From: an uncultured Denitrobacterium sp.
GTDB lineage: Bacteria; Actinomycetota; Coriobacteriia; Coriobacteriales; Eggerthellaceae
Direction of reading: 5' to 3'
Assembly: GCA_905236045.1 (NCBI GenBank)
Contig: CAJOOG010000078.1
Location: forward strand, 36,099-100,098
Length of the DNA: 64,000 nucleotides
The notes under the pieces were generated by a model that saw only the letters and a list, made by a program, of their open reading frames with translations, ran no database searches and was not told the origin of the DNA. Made by a program: the position numbers and the translations under genes. Of this stretch, positions 35,038 through 44,703 are shown piece after piece (the stretch's first letter is position 1; each line of letters opens with the position of its first letter).

Positions 35038-35436
35038 GTGGCTCAGAAGAAAAACGTTCGCGCGCGCATCAAGCGTTCCGAACGCAAGAACATCACCGTT
35101 GGCGCCGCCCATATCAAGTCGACGTTCAACAACACCATCGTCAGCATCACCGATCCTGCGGGCAACGTGATCTCCTGGCAGTCCGCCGGCACCGTTGGGT
35201 TCAAGGGTTCTCGCAAGTCCACCCCCTTCGCCGCTCAGATGGCTGCCGAAGCTGCTGCGAAGACCGCCATGGAGCACGGCCTGAAGAAGGTCGCCGTCTA
35301 CGTGAAGGGCCCGGGCAGCGGCCGCGAGACCGCCATCCGCAGCCTCCAGTCGGCCGGTCTGGAAGTCTCCAGCATTCAGGATTGCACGCCCATCCCGCAC
35401 AACGGTTGCCGTCAGCGCAAGCGTCGTCGCGTCTAA
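35038..35436 (+). CDS. rpsK: 30S ribosomal protein S11
   Basis: GTG start. ...[44 protein letters not shown]... Confidence 0.97.
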   Translation: MAQKKNVRARIKRSERKNITVGAAHIKSTFNNTIVSITDPAGNVISWQSAGTVGFKGSRKSTPFAAQMAAEAAAKTAMEHGLKKVAVYVKGPGSGRETAIRSLQSAGLEVSSIQDCTPIPHNGCRQRKRRRV

Positions 35437-35455
35437 TCGAAAGGACTGAGAAGAT

Positions 35456-36049
35456 ATGGCAGTGAACAGAACTCCGGTTCTGAAGCGTTGCAGGCAGCTG
35501 GGCATCGATCCCGTCGTGCTCGGCTACTCCGGTAAGGAGTCGAAGCGCCAGCCCAAGCGCCGCCGCAAGGAATCCGAATACGGCATGCAGCTTCGCGAGA
35601 AGCAGAAGGCCAAGTTCATCTACGGCGTACAGGAAAGGCAGTTTCGCGGCTACTTCCGCCGCGCCAAGAGCATGCCCGGCATCACCGGCGAGAACCTGAT
35701 GGCCATCCTGGAAAGCCGTCTGGACAGCATCGTGTTCCGTCTGGGCTTCGCCCGCACGCGTAAGGAGGCCCGTCAGACGGTCACCCACGGGCATATTACC
35801 GTGAACGGCCGCCGCGTGGACATCCCCAGCTACCGCGTGCGTCCCGGCGATCTCGTCGCCGTGGCCCCCAAGGCCAAGGACCTGCTCGTCATCAAGAGCG
35901 CCTTGGTATCCAACGAGCGCGTGCAGGTTCCGGCTTGGCTGGAAGTGGACATCGAGAAGCTTCAGGGTAGCGTGCTTGCCCTCCCGACTCGCGATCAGAT
36001 TGATTTGGACATCAACGAACAGCTCATCGTCGAACTTTACTCCAAGTAA
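35456..36049 (+). CDS. rpsD: 30S ribosomal protein S4
   Basis: [19 protein letters not shown]...[22 protein letters not shown]...; S4 RNA-binding domain. Confidence 0.97.
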   Translation: MAVNRTPVLKRCRQLGIDPVVLGYSGKESKRQPKRRRKESEYGMQLREKQKAKFIYGVQERQFRGYFRRAKSMPGITGENLMAILESRLDSIVFRLGFARTRKEARQTVTHGHITVNGRRVDIPSYRVRPGDLVAVAPKAKDLLVIKSALVSNERVQVPAWLEVDIEKLQGSVLALPTRDQIDLDINEQLIVELYSK

Positions 36050-36080
36050 ATCCAAGCGGTCTTAAGGAGGCTTACGCCAT

Positions 36081-37031
36081 ATGACAGAGTTCATGAGGCC
36101 TACGATCACCACCGAAGAAGTCAACGAGAGCGTCACCCGCTTCATCGTCGAGCCCCTCGAGCGTGGTTATGGCAACACGTTGGGCAACTCCATGCGCCGT
36201 GTGCTGCTGAATTCGCTCGACGGCGCCGCGGCCACCGCCATCCAGATCGATGGCGTGCAGCACGAGTTCACCACCGCGGAAGGCGTTATCGAGGACATCA
36301 CCGACATCGTCCTCAACATCAAGGGCCTGGTTTTCAGCCCGCTGAACGACGACGTCGCCGAAGCCACCGCGCATGTGTCCGCAGAGGGCCCCTGCACGGT
36401 CACGGGTGCCGACCTCGAGGTGCCCACGGAGTTCACGCTCGTCAACCCCGAGCATGTCATCGCGACGGTTGCCGACGGCGGCCAGCTCGATATGACGGTG
36501 CGCATAGGCGTGGGTCGCGGCTATCGCGTGGCCGATAAGAACAAGCGCTCGGAGGACCCTATCGGCATCATTCATGTCGATTCGCTCTTCTCCCCCGTGA
36601 AGCGCTGCGCCATGCATATCAGCGACACGCGCGTGGGCCAGAGCACCGACTACGACAAGCTCGTGCTCGAGGTGGAGACCAACGGTGCCCTCACCCCGAC
36701 CGATGCCGTGTGCCAGGCGGCCAACATCATCAATCAGTACATGGGCGCGTTTCTCTCGCTGGTCGAGAGCGACGAAGAGGAAGAGGTCGAGGCCCCTTCG
36801 ATCTTCGCTCCCGAAGGCGAGGAGACCAACGCCGAGCTCGACAAGCAGATCGAGGACCTGGACCTTTCCGTCCGCTCCTACAACTGCCTGAAGCGCGCCG
36901 GCATCCACAGCGTCCGCCAGCTGGTCGACTATTCCGAGAACGACCTGCTCAACATTCGCAACTTCGGTGCGAAGTCCATCGAAGAAGTGAAGGACAAGCT
37001 CATCTCGATGGACCTCAACCTGAAGCAATAG
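36081..37031 (+). CDS. rpoA: DNA-directed RNA polymerase subunit alpha
   Basis: ...FIVEPLERGYGNTLGNSMRRVLLNSL... and the C-terminal domain LDLSVRSYNCLKRAGIHSVRQLV. Confidence 0.97.
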   Translation: MTEFMRPTITTEEVNESVTRFIVEPLERGYGNTLGNSMRRVLLNSLDGAAATAIQIDGVQHEFTTAEGVIEDITDIVLNIKGLVFSPLNDDVAEATAHVSAEGPCTVTGADLEVPTEFTLVNPEHVIATVADGGQLDMTVRIGVGRGYRVADKNKRSEDPIGIIHVDSLFSPVKRCAMHISDTRVGQSTDYDKLVLEVETNGALTPTDAVCQAANIINQYMGAFLSLVESDEEEEVEAPSIFAPEGEETNAELDKQIEDLDLSVRSYNCLKRAGIHSVRQLVDYSENDLLNIRNFGAKSIEEVKDKLISMDLNLKQ

Positions 37032-37043
37032 GAGAATCGTACA

Positions 37044-37667
37044 ATGAGACACTACAAGAAAGGGCGCAAGCTCGGCACCGATGCCAGCCACACCAAGGCC
37101 ATGCGTCGCAGCCTGGTTCAGGCTCTGTTCCTGAACGACCGCATCAAGACGGTCGAGGCCCGCGCCAAGGAAATCCGTCCCGACGTGGACCGTATCATCA
37201 CCTGGGCGAAGCGTGGCGACCTGCACAGCCGTCGTCTGGCCATTGCCTGGCTCAACGACAAGGAAATCGTGCGCGAGGTCTTCGAGCGCGTGGCGCAGGG
37301 GCAGTTCGCCGACCGTAACGGCGGCTACACCCGCATCATGAAGCTGGGTTATCGCAAGGGCGACAATGCTCCCATGGTCATCATGGAGCTCGTGACCGAG
37401 CCCGTGCGCAAGGCGGCCAAGAAGTCCGAGTCCGCCGAGAAGCCGGCGCCCAAGAAGGCCGCGAAGAAGGCCGAGCCCGAGGTGGAGGAGATCGAAGCCG
37501 AAGCCGAGGAAGTGGAAGCGGAGGCGGAAGCCGACGAGGCTGCTGCGGAGGCGGAGCCCGAAGCCGAAGCGGAGGCGGAAGCCACCGTCGACGAGGCCGA
37601 GGCCGCCGAGCCCGAGTCCGCGTCCGCCGCCGATGAGGCTGCTGAAGCCGAGGAGAAGGCCGAATAG
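37044..37667 (+). CDS. rplQ: 50S ribosomal protein L17 with an ~90-aa acidic Ala/Glu-rich C-terminal extension
   Basis: MRHYKKGRKLGTDASHTKAMRRSLVQALF...GGYTRIMKLGYRKGDNAPMVIMELV, then KKAAKKAEPEVEEIEAEAEEVEAEAEADEAAAEAEPEAEAEAEATVDEAEAAE... Confidence 0.95.
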   Translation: MRHYKKGRKLGTDASHTKAMRRSLVQALFLNDRIKTVEARAKEIRPDVDRIITWAKRGDLHSRRLAIAWLNDKEIVREVFERVAQGQFADRNGGYTRIMKLGYRKGDNAPMVIMELVTEPVRKAAKKSESAEKPAPKKAAKKAEPEVEEIEAEAEEVEAEAEADEAAAEAEPEAEAEAEATVDEAEAAEPESASAADEAAEAEEKAE

Positions 37668-37690
37668 CCCCGGAGCATCCCGCCTGAACG

Positions 37691-37723
37691 GCAGGCCCGC
37701 GACGTACGCCGTCGCGGGCCTGC
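37691..37723 (+). terminator. Strong GC hairpin after rplQ (terminator-like, no U-tract)
   Basis: GCAGGCCCGCGACG-tacgc-CGTCGCGGGCCTGC (14-bp perfect stem). Followed by TGTCGC and then a TATAAT hexamer at 37736-37741. Confidence 0.55.
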
Positions 37724-37777
37724 TGTCGCTGGGGGTATAATAGCCGCGTTTCCCATCCCCCGACCGAGGAGCGTCAC

Positions 37778-39031
37778 TTGAAAGAGATGATTTCCCCCGA
37801 GGACGCGCGTGAGCTCGTCCTCTCGCACGTCGAAGCGCTCGAGCCCGAAAGCGTGCCCCTGCTCGAGGCCGTCGGACGCGTTGCCGCGGCACCTCTGGCC
37901 AGCGACATCGACATCGCCCCGTTCGCGCACTCCGCCATGGACGGTTTCGCCCTGCGTGCGGAGCAAATCCAGGATGCGACCGAGCAGTCCCCGGTCGCTC
38001 TGCGCGTCATCGGCGAAGAGGCCGCGGGCGAGGTCTTCGAGGGGCCCATCGGGCAAGGCGAGTGCGTGCGCATAATGACGGGCGCACCGCTTCCCGAGAC
38101 GGCTGATGCCGTGGTGAAGTACGAGGTCGTCGGCGTGCGCGAAGGCGACGGTCGCACGGGCAGCCTCGTGGAGTTCAGCGCACCCGTCAAGCCGCACGAC
38201 AACATTCGCGATGCGGGGGAGGAAGCCAAAGCCGGCGAGACGATAGTCGCTGCGGGCGAGGTCATAGGCGCGGCGGGCGTCGGGTTCCTGGCCAGCTGCG
38301 GCGTGATGCAGGTGCCCGTTTACCGTCGTCCGCGCGTCGCGGTGATAGCCACGGGCAGCGAGCTCGTGCCGCCTTCGCAGAAACCCGCCCCCGGCAAGAT
38401 CCGCAACTCGAACAGCTACGCCATGGCCGCCTGCGTGCACGAGGCCGGCGGCATCGCGGACGTGAAGCCGATAGTGAAGGACACCTACGAGGCGCTCTGC
38501 CAGGCGGTCGAGGAAGCGACGCGAGATTGCGACTTCGTGCTGACCACGGGCGGCGCCGCCAACGGCGACTACGACTTCATCAAAAAGGCGGTAAGCGATA
38601 GGGGCGAGCTGTTCATGGCCACGGTGAACATGCGCCCGGGCAAGGCCCAGACCTTCGGGCTGGTGAACGGCGTTCCCGTCTTCGGCCTTCCGGGCAATCC
38701 GGCTGCCGCCTACACCGGCTTTCAGATGCTCGTTCGCCCCGCGCTTCGCAAGATGCAGGGCTTCAGCCGGTTCGAACATGTCCAGGTGCAGGCCCGTCTG
38801 TCGAAGGACATGAAGAAGAAGGACCCGCGGCGCATCTATCTGCGCAGTACGCTGGAGAAGGACGAGCGAGGCTACATCGCCATTCCGGCCAAGAACCAGA
38901 GCAGCGGCTTGTTCGGGCCTATTCAGCGTATGAACTGCCTGGCCATCCTGCCGGAGGGTCTGGGGGACAAGAAGGCGGGCGACATCGTGGACTGTCTTAT
39001 CGTCGATATTCCGGAGGACGTGGTGCTGTGA
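37778..39031 (+). CDS. moeA: Molybdopterin molybdotransferase MoeA
   Basis: 417 aa. ...APFAHSAMDGFALRA..., MoeA N/linker, MoCF_biosynth (GGAANGDYDF) and C-terminal domains. Start is TTG 37778 or ATG 37787. Confidence 0.9.
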   Translation: MKEMISPEDARELVLSHVEALEPESVPLLEAVGRVAAAPLASDIDIAPFAHSAMDGFALRAEQIQDATEQSPVALRVIGEEAAGEVFEGPIGQGECVRIMTGAPLPETADAVVKYEVVGVREGDGRTGSLVEFSAPVKPHDNIRDAGEEAKAGETIVAAGEVIGAAGVGFLASCGVMQVPVYRRPRVAVIATGSELVPPSQKPAPGKIRNSNSYAMAACVHEAGGIADVKPIVKDTYEALCQAVEEATRDCDFVLTTGGAANGDYDFIKKAVSDRGELFMATVNMRPGKAQTFGLVNGVPVFGLPGNPAAAYTGFQMLVRPALRKMQGFSRFEHVQVQARLSKDMKKKDPRRIYLRSTLEKDERGYIAIPAKNQSSGLFGPIQRMNCLAILPEGLGDKKAGDIVDCLIVDIPEDVVL

Positions 39032-39576
39032 TGGAGGACTTGAAGGCCGCCCTGGCCCAGGCGCATGCGCACGATATGGCCCACGGGAAGGCGCCCGAGA
39101 AGCACATCCCGCTCATTGCCATCGTCACCTGCAGCGACACGCGTTCGCTCGAGGAGGATGCAGCCGGCGCCGTGCTCGAGGAGCTTATCCGTCACGAGGG
39201 TTGGCAGCCGATTGACCGCGTGGTCGTGCCCGACGACAAGGATGCGATCGCTCGGGCCATCGTCCGCGCGACCGACGAGCTGGACGCCGATGTGGTGCTG
39301 ACATGTGGGGGAAGCGGACTTTCTCTGCGCGACGTGACGCCGGAGGCGACGCAGATGGTGTGCGAGCGCAACGTGCCCGGCATCGCGGAGGCCATGCGCG
39401 CGTACAGCCTGCGCATCACGCCGCATGCCGCCCTCTCGCGGGCCCTCTGCATGCAGCGCGGAAGGCACTTGGTCGTGAATCTGCCCGGCAGCGTGAAAGC
39501 CGCGCGAGAGAACTGGGATGGGATCATCCCCATGCTCCCGCACGCCATATCGATGATGGCAGGCGAAGGCCACTAG
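39028..39576 (+). CDS. mog: MogA/MoaB family molybdenum cofactor biosynthesis protein
   Basis: ...IAIVTCSDTRS...DVVLTCGGSGLSLRDVTPEAT...NLPGSVKAA... Start overlaps the moeA stop. Confidence 0.85.
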   Translation: MMEDLKAALAQAHAHDMAHGKAPEKHIPLIAIVTCSDTRSLEEDAAGAVLEELIRHEGWQPIDRVVVPDDKDAIARAIVRATDELDADVVLTCGGSGLSLRDVTPEATQMVCERNVPGIAEAMRAYSLRITPHAALSRALCMQRGRHLVVNLPGSVKAARENWDGIIPMLPHAISMMAGEGH

Positions 39577-39608
39577 GGCACTTGGAGCGTGCCCGCGCAC
39601 GCGGGTGC

Positions 39609-40253
39609 TCAGCGGTAGCAGCGGGCGTCCAGTGCGGTTGCGAGGCGGTCTGCACGGCGAAACAGGTTTACCAGCAGAGGCGTGAAGATGCCCGCCCAGG
39701 CTCGGATGCGCCGCACGGGTCCTCCGCTGCCCAGGTGCGCCCCGCGCGAGAGCTGCGCGTCGTGGATCAGGCGATACTCGTCGATGATGACGGGGATGAA
39801 GCACAGGGCGATAGAGGCGGCGGTGGCCGTGTCGCGAGCGGGGAAGCCCAAGCGTCCGAGCGGCGCGAGCAGGCTGTTCAGCGCTCGGGCGAGGTCCTCG
39901 GAGGAGGTCGTGCCCGTAACGACGAGAGATGCCAGGAGCAAGAGAGAGATTCGCGCGGCGCCTGCGCAGCCCGCGAGCAGCCCATCACCCGAGAAGGCTC
40001 CCTCGGGGAAAGCCGGAGCGAAAACGGTGAACAGCAGAATCAGGCCCAGCGGGGCAAGCTGTCGCAAAGCACGCGCCACGGGAAGCCTGCCCAGTGCGGC
40101 GGCCAGAGCGAACAGGGCGGCGAGCAGGCCCAGAGCCCACCAGGAGCGCACGCACAGAAGCGCGATCGAATAGGCCAGCACGCCCAGGATCTTTGCCCGC
40201 GCATCCAGCTTGTACAGCGGGGTGTCCCGCGGATGGTAGGCCAGCGCATTCAT
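39609..40253 (-). CDS. ecfT: Energy-coupling factor transporter transmembrane component EcfT (CbiQ family)
   Basis: True start [30 protein letters not shown] at 40253, overlapping the UDG stop (ATGA). C-terminal ...AQLSRGA...RADRLATALDARCY is typical of EcfT. The upstream part of the track ORF was rejected. Confidence 0.8.
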   Translation of the reverse strand: MNALAYHPRDTPLYKLDARAKILGVLAYSIALLCVRSWWALGLLAALFALAAALGRLPVARALRQLAPLGLILLFTVFAPAFPEGAFSGDGLLAGCAGAARISLLLLASLVVTGTTSSEDLARALNSLLAPLGRLGFPARDTATAASIALCFIPVIIDEYRLIHDAQLSRGAHLGSGGPVRRIRAWAGIFTPLLVNLFRRADRLATALDARCYR

Positions 40254-40822
40254 AGCTGGATCTCGCCGCTTAGGAGCTTGCCGAGCGTGGCGAAGTCGTC
40301 TTCGAGGGCCGCCATCTTCGAGCGGTCGTAGATGGCGGCGGCCGGATGGAAGATGGGGAAGACCTTGAATTTGCCGGCGCTCTGCAGCTTGCCATGCAGG
40401 CGCGTGATGCCCACTTCCGTCTTCAGTATGAACTTCGTGGAGAAGTTTCCCAGGGTGACGATGTATTCGGGGTCGATGGTGCGGGTCTGCTCGCGCAAAA
40501 AGGGAGTGCAGGCCTGAATCTCCTCGGGACGCGGGTTGCGGTTCGAAGGCGGCCGGCACTTGAGCACGTTGGCGATGTAGACATCGTCGCGCTCGAGCCC
40601 CGCTAGGGACAGCAGGCGGTTGAGGCTCTGGCCCGCCTTGCCCACGAACGGCTCGCCCTGCAGGTCTTCGTTTTTGCCCGGGGCTTCGCCCACTATGAGC
40701 ACGCGAGCCTCGGGGTTGCCCACGCCGAAGACCAGGTTGGTGCGGCCCTCCCAAAGCGGGCAGGCACGGCAGTCCTCGCAGTAGACGCGCAGGTCGTCGA
40801 GGGGAATCTTGGGTGCGGACAT
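40250..40822 (-). CDS. Uracil-DNA glycosylase, family 4 (Fe-S type)
   Basis: Start [23 protein letters not shown] at 40822. Motif [15 protein letters not shown] and motif B FHPAAA. Confidence 0.85.
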   Translation of the reverse strand: MSAPKIPLDDLRVYCEDCRACPLWEGRTNLVFGVGNPEARVLIVGEAPGKNEDLQGEPFVGKAGQSLNRLLSLAGLERDDVYIANVLKCRPPSNRNPRPEEIQACTPFLREQTRTIDPEYIVTLGNFSTKFILKTEVGITRLHGKLQSAGKFKVFPIFHPAAAIYDRSKMAALEDDFATLGKLLSGEIQL

Positions 40823-40967
40823 GGCGTTTCCTTTCGCGTGCGGGGGCCAGAGGGCGGAGGGCCGGGGCCGGGGGGGCCGGAGGCCGGAGCGGCCGGAGGG
40901 GTAGGCTCTTGCACGCCCTCCTCCGCGCAGGCTCAAGCGACGGATTGCGGCAGGCCCCCGCGTCGCC

Positions 40968-42245
40968 CTACACGTAGAGACGGGGCAGCCGATGGCTGAA
41001 GGCGATGCAGATCTCGTGTTCGATGGAATGCAGGGTATAGGCCATCTCGGTGATGGTCGTTACGGCGTCGCCCTGCTTCCCCACGATGGTTACGAGGTCC
41101 CCGATCTGCGGGTTCAGCCTTTGACGCGTTCCGTAGGTGCGCAGGTCCACTTCGAACATGCACTGGTCCATGCAGATGTTGCCCACCTGGCGGCAGTATT
41201 GGCCGTCCAAGATGAAGTTCACGCGGCCGGAGAGCGCACGATTCAGCCCGTCGGCATAACCTAGGGGCACGGTGCAGATCTTCACGCTCCCCGGGCTGCG
41301 GTAATTCAGCCCGTAACTTACCCCCTCGCTCATCGGGACCGTCTTGCAGTCCGTCACGCGGGCGAGCACCTTCATGGCCGGCTCCAAGTTCACCAGATGG
41401 CGCGTCTCCTCGCAGGGGTGGAAGCCGTACAGGGAAATGCCCAGGCGGCACATGTCGAAATGCACCTCGGGGTAGCGCAGGAGGGCGGCGCTGTTGGCCG
41501 CGTGCACGATACCCGGGTCGATGCCGGCGGTGCGCATGGCGTTGATGGTCTCGGTGAAGCGGTTGACCTGGATGTTGAAGTCGAGGTTCTCCGGGCAATC
41601 CGCAGTGGCGAAGTGGGTGAAGGTCCCCTGCAGATCCAGCGCCCGGTGGAAGTTGACCTGACGGAGGAACTCGACGATATCCTCGGCGCGGACGCCGATG
41701 CGGTTCATCCCGGTGTTCACCGCCAGATGGTACGGTGCGCGCAACCCGTGCAGATCCGCCGTCTCGGCGTAGGCCAAGGCGAATTCGACCGTGTAGATGC
41801 TCGGCACGATCTGATAGCCCAGCAGCAGGTCGATCGCGCCGATCGGAGGCTCGGAAAGCAGCAGGATGTAGGCGCTGATGCCCGCCCGGCGCAGCTCCAC
41901 CGCCTCGTCCACTGTGGCGACCGCGAGCATTTCCGCACCCGCATTCAGCGCCGTGCGCGCGACGCGTTCCGCTCCGTGCCCGTAGGCGTCGGCCTTCACC
42001 ACCGCGCACAGCTGGCTGCCCGGACGCATACGCCGACGTGCCTCCAGAATGTTGTGGCGGATGGCCGAGAGGTCGATTTCCATCCACGCCCAACGACGGT
42101 CAGTCTCCTCGATGGCGTCTATCCGCTCCTGCTCGAGGGGCTTTTTGCCCGCGGACTTCGCCTCTTCGAAGGCGCGCGAGTACTGGAAGTTGGTGTTTTT
42201 CCTGTTGAAACCCGTAAACCCGTTCAGAGGCTCCTGACTTGTCAC
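40968..42245 (-). CDS. alr: Alanine racemase (with an ~50-aa N-terminal extension, or a later non-ATG start)
   Basis: ...WMEIDLSAIRHNI...AVVKADAYGHGA (PLP lysine)...GYADG... Confidence 0.88.
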   Translation of the reverse strand: MTSQEPLNGFTGFNRKNTNFQYSRAFEEAKSAGKKPLEQERIDAIEETDRRWAWMEIDLSAIRHNILEARRRMRPGSQLCAVVKADAYGHGAERVARTALNAGAEMLAVATVDEAVELRRAGISAYILLLSEPPIGAIDLLLGYQIVPSIYTVEFALAYAETADLHGLRAPYHLAVNTGMNRIGVRAEDIVEFLRQVNFHRALDLQGTFTHFATADCPENLDFNIQVNRFTETINAMRTAGIDPGIVHAANSAALLRYPEVHFDMCRLGISLYGFHPCEETRHLVNLEPAMKVLARVTDCKTVPMSEGVSYGLNYRSPGSVKICTVPLGYADGLNRALSGRVNFILDGQYCRQVGNICMDQCMFEVDLRTYGTRQRLNPQIGDLVTIVGKQGDAVTTITEMAYTLHSIEHEICIAFSHRLPRLYV

Positions 42246-42396
42246 GGCATGTCCTTATCTGTTGTGGTGAAACGACAACTTAGTATAGCGCAGGGCGCGG
42301 ACGGGTTATAATTCCCCCTACGAAGAAAAACCGTGTCTGCGTTTCGCTGCCCATCCGCACCATCAACATCCTCGGGGCGCGTGACCGAGGAAGAAC

Positions 42397-43557
42397 ATGC
42401 AAGGGGCTTTGCCGACTCTCATAGCGTTCGCCGTGCTCATCGCGGTGGGAACGGTGCTGGTCATCCGCACCAGCGCTTCGCATGCCCAATCGCGTGCGGC
42501 CATGGCGGCCTTGGCGACGCTCGTGTTCGTTGTCGCGGCCTTCGTCTACGTGGTCCTGCTCTTGGGGCGTTGGGAGTTTATCCCGCTGATGGCGCTGTTG
42601 TGCGCATTGCTGCCGCCGTTGGCATATCGGGCCCTGCGCAACGTGGAGAAGGACAGGACGCTGACCTCGGAGAACCCCTCTACGTGGAGCGTGGATCGCA
42701 TGTCCCGCGATGCCCGCAGCGCCACCAACCCCACGCAGCTTTTCCCGGTGGAGGTGAAGCGTTTCACCCCGCTGCCGCGCTATGGTGACGAAGTCTACAT
42801 TCCTAAGGGCATGCCGCCCACGTGGGAGCAGGCGCCGCAAGAGCAGCGCCTCGCGCAGCACGCCCGTCAGAGGGCGGTGAATGCCGCGGCATGGCAGGTG
42901 GAGAAGGTGGAGGAAGCGCCCCGGCAGTCAAGCGCACCTGCAAGTTTCGAGCAGCCGAAGACGGTCTCGCTCGAGCCGAGCGCGCAAGGTCGCAAAGTCG
43001 GGAGCGAGGAGCAGGAGCACGTTGTCGCACCCGCGGCTGCTGCTGCGGCGGGGACGCCCGCGCCTGCATCTGCGCAGACCGCGCGGCCCGCAGAGCCTGC
43101 GGCACCCGCGCCCGCGCGGCCCTCACCCGCTGCTCCCGCGGTGCCCGCGCCGCTCGCCCCTGCGGCTTCCCCTTCCGCACTGCCTTCCGCAGCAGCCGCT
43201 TCTTCGGCGCACGCTGCCCTCGCCCCCGCCCCTGCAGGCTCCGCCCTGCACGTTCCCGTGTCCATCCCCACCGTCTTCTACCCGAACGACTACTTCGCCA
43301 AGGCCACCGCCTTGCGCGACAAGGGCAAATACCTGGTGGCGGCGCGTCTGTACGCCGAATGCGCCGAGCGCCTGCGCGAGTCGGCTGCAGACGAAGATAC
43401 GCTGCGCAAGGCTCAGATGGAGCAGGTCACCTGCTACGTGAAGGGCGCCGATATCCCTTCCGCCCAACGTCTGGCCGCCCGCTTGCTTGCCGGCCGCAAA
43501 GACCTCTCCGCCGTCGAGCGCATCAAGCTCGAAGCCGTGCTGAAAGAGGGCCGATAG
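42397..43557 (+). CDS. Hypothetical membrane protein with a Pro/Ala-rich linker and a helical (TPR-like) C-terminal region
   Basis: Three N-terminal TM helices, a long PAxP low-complexity stretch, then C-terminal YFAKATALRDKGKYLVAARLYAECAERL. The stop abuts the start of the VanW gene. Confidence 0.55.
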   Translation: MQGALPTLIAFAVLIAVGTVLVIRTSASHAQSRAAMAALATLVFVVAAFVYVVLLLGRWEFIPLMALLCALLPPLAYRALRNVEKDRTLTSENPSTWSVDRMSRDARSATNPTQLFPVEVKRFTPLPRYGDEVYIPKGMPPTWEQAPQEQRLAQHARQRAVNAAAWQVEKVEEAPRQSSAPASFEQPKTVSLEPSAQGRKVGSEEQEHVVAPAAAAAAGTPAPASAQTARPAEPAAPAPARPSPAAPAVPAPLAPAASPSALPSAAAASSAHAALAPAPAGSALHVPVSIPTVFYPNDYFAKATALRDKGKYLVAARLYAECAERLRESAADEDTLRKAQMEQVTCYVKGADIPSAQRLAARLLAGRKDLSAVERIKLEAVLKEGR

Positions 43558-44505
43558 ATGCCCCGGCGCACCCCACACACCCCCCAATCCCCGCAGAAAC
43601 CGCAGGCCGCGGGCTTGCTCGCACGCATCACGCCTATGGTCGTGGTCGCTGCCGTCTCGGTTGGCTGCGCGGGCGTCATGGTGCTGAACTATCCCTTCCC
43701 CGCCACGCAGGAGCCGATGCGCGAGCAGCAGACGATCTCGAGGGAGGAAGTCGAGGGGACGCTTGCCAGCACCGATAGCGATGCATCGGTCGAGGGTCTT
43801 GCCGTAATCGGGGAATTCGACGCCATCTCGCAATCGAGCGACCAGAACCGAGCCGACAATCTGGCCTTGGCAGCGGCGGAGCTCGACGGGACCACGCTGC
43901 AGCCGGGCGAGGCCCTTTCCGTGAACGAGATCCTCGGCGACACGAGCAACGACTCCCGCTACAAAGTAGCGCCCGTCTTCTCGAACGGCAGCGTCTCTAG
44001 CAGTCGCGGGGGCGGAGTCTGCCAGGTCTCGACCGCGCTCTACATCGCCGCCATCAAGGCCGACCTGGATGTCGTGGAGCGTTCCGCGCATTCGATGGTG
44101 ACCGATTACGCGCCTATCGGGCTCGATGCCACGCTCGTGTACGGAGAGAAGGATCTGAAGATCCGCAACAGCGCCGACCATGCGATAACCATAACGGCAA
44201 ACTCGCTGGGACAGACCGTGGACGTGAAGATCTACGGGGCGAGCGGCGACGACGGCATCACCTACGATGCGACGAGCCGGATCGTCGAGCGGACGGAGAA
44301 GCTGGCGAGCGAGTGCTTCTCCGACCCGGAGGCCGTCGGCCTGGAGCCGGGGGAGAAGCTGACGTTCTACACCGCCGAGTCGTATAGGGTGAAGTACAAA
44401 GACGGCGTGATGCAGGAGAGCAAGCTCCTGTCGACGGATACCTACCGCGTAACCGGCGACAGCGAGGTCCAAACCCAGGAAGGCTCCGTCAAGGCGAACA
44501 AGTAA
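43558..44505 (+). CDS. VanW family protein
   Basis: N-terminal TM, then ...LQPGEALSVNEILGDTS...GGGVCQVSTALYIAAIKADLDVVERSAHS...DATLVYGEKDLKIRN... typical of the VanW domain. Confidence 0.8.
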   Translation: MPRRTPHTPQSPQKPQAAGLLARITPMVVVAAVSVGCAGVMVLNYPFPATQEPMREQQTISREEVEGTLASTDSDASVEGLAVIGEFDAISQSSDQNRADNLALAAAELDGTTLQPGEALSVNEILGDTSNDSRYKVAPVFSNGSVSSSRGGGVCQVSTALYIAAIKADLDVVERSAHSMVTDYAPIGLDATLVYGEKDLKIRNSADHAITITANSLGQTVDVKIYGASGDDGITYDATSRIVERTEKLASECFSDPEAVGLEPGEKLTFYTAESYRVKYKDGVMQESKLLSTDTYRVTGDSEVQTQEGSVKANK

Positions 44506-44703
44506 TTCGCCTAGCGGACCTGCCTTGCTCTCGGCTGCCGGTGCCGGCTCGTAGTGTCGGCCCTTCGGGCGCGCACGCGTGTCCTTGCGTTAGCTGTGTT
44601 TCTTGCAGAGGCTTTCAACACGACCCTGCGGTTTGGCGTACAATGCACTTCAAACCGCACAATCCAGTTCCGTGTGGAGAGCGGGCTTGGTGAAAGGACT
44701 GCA

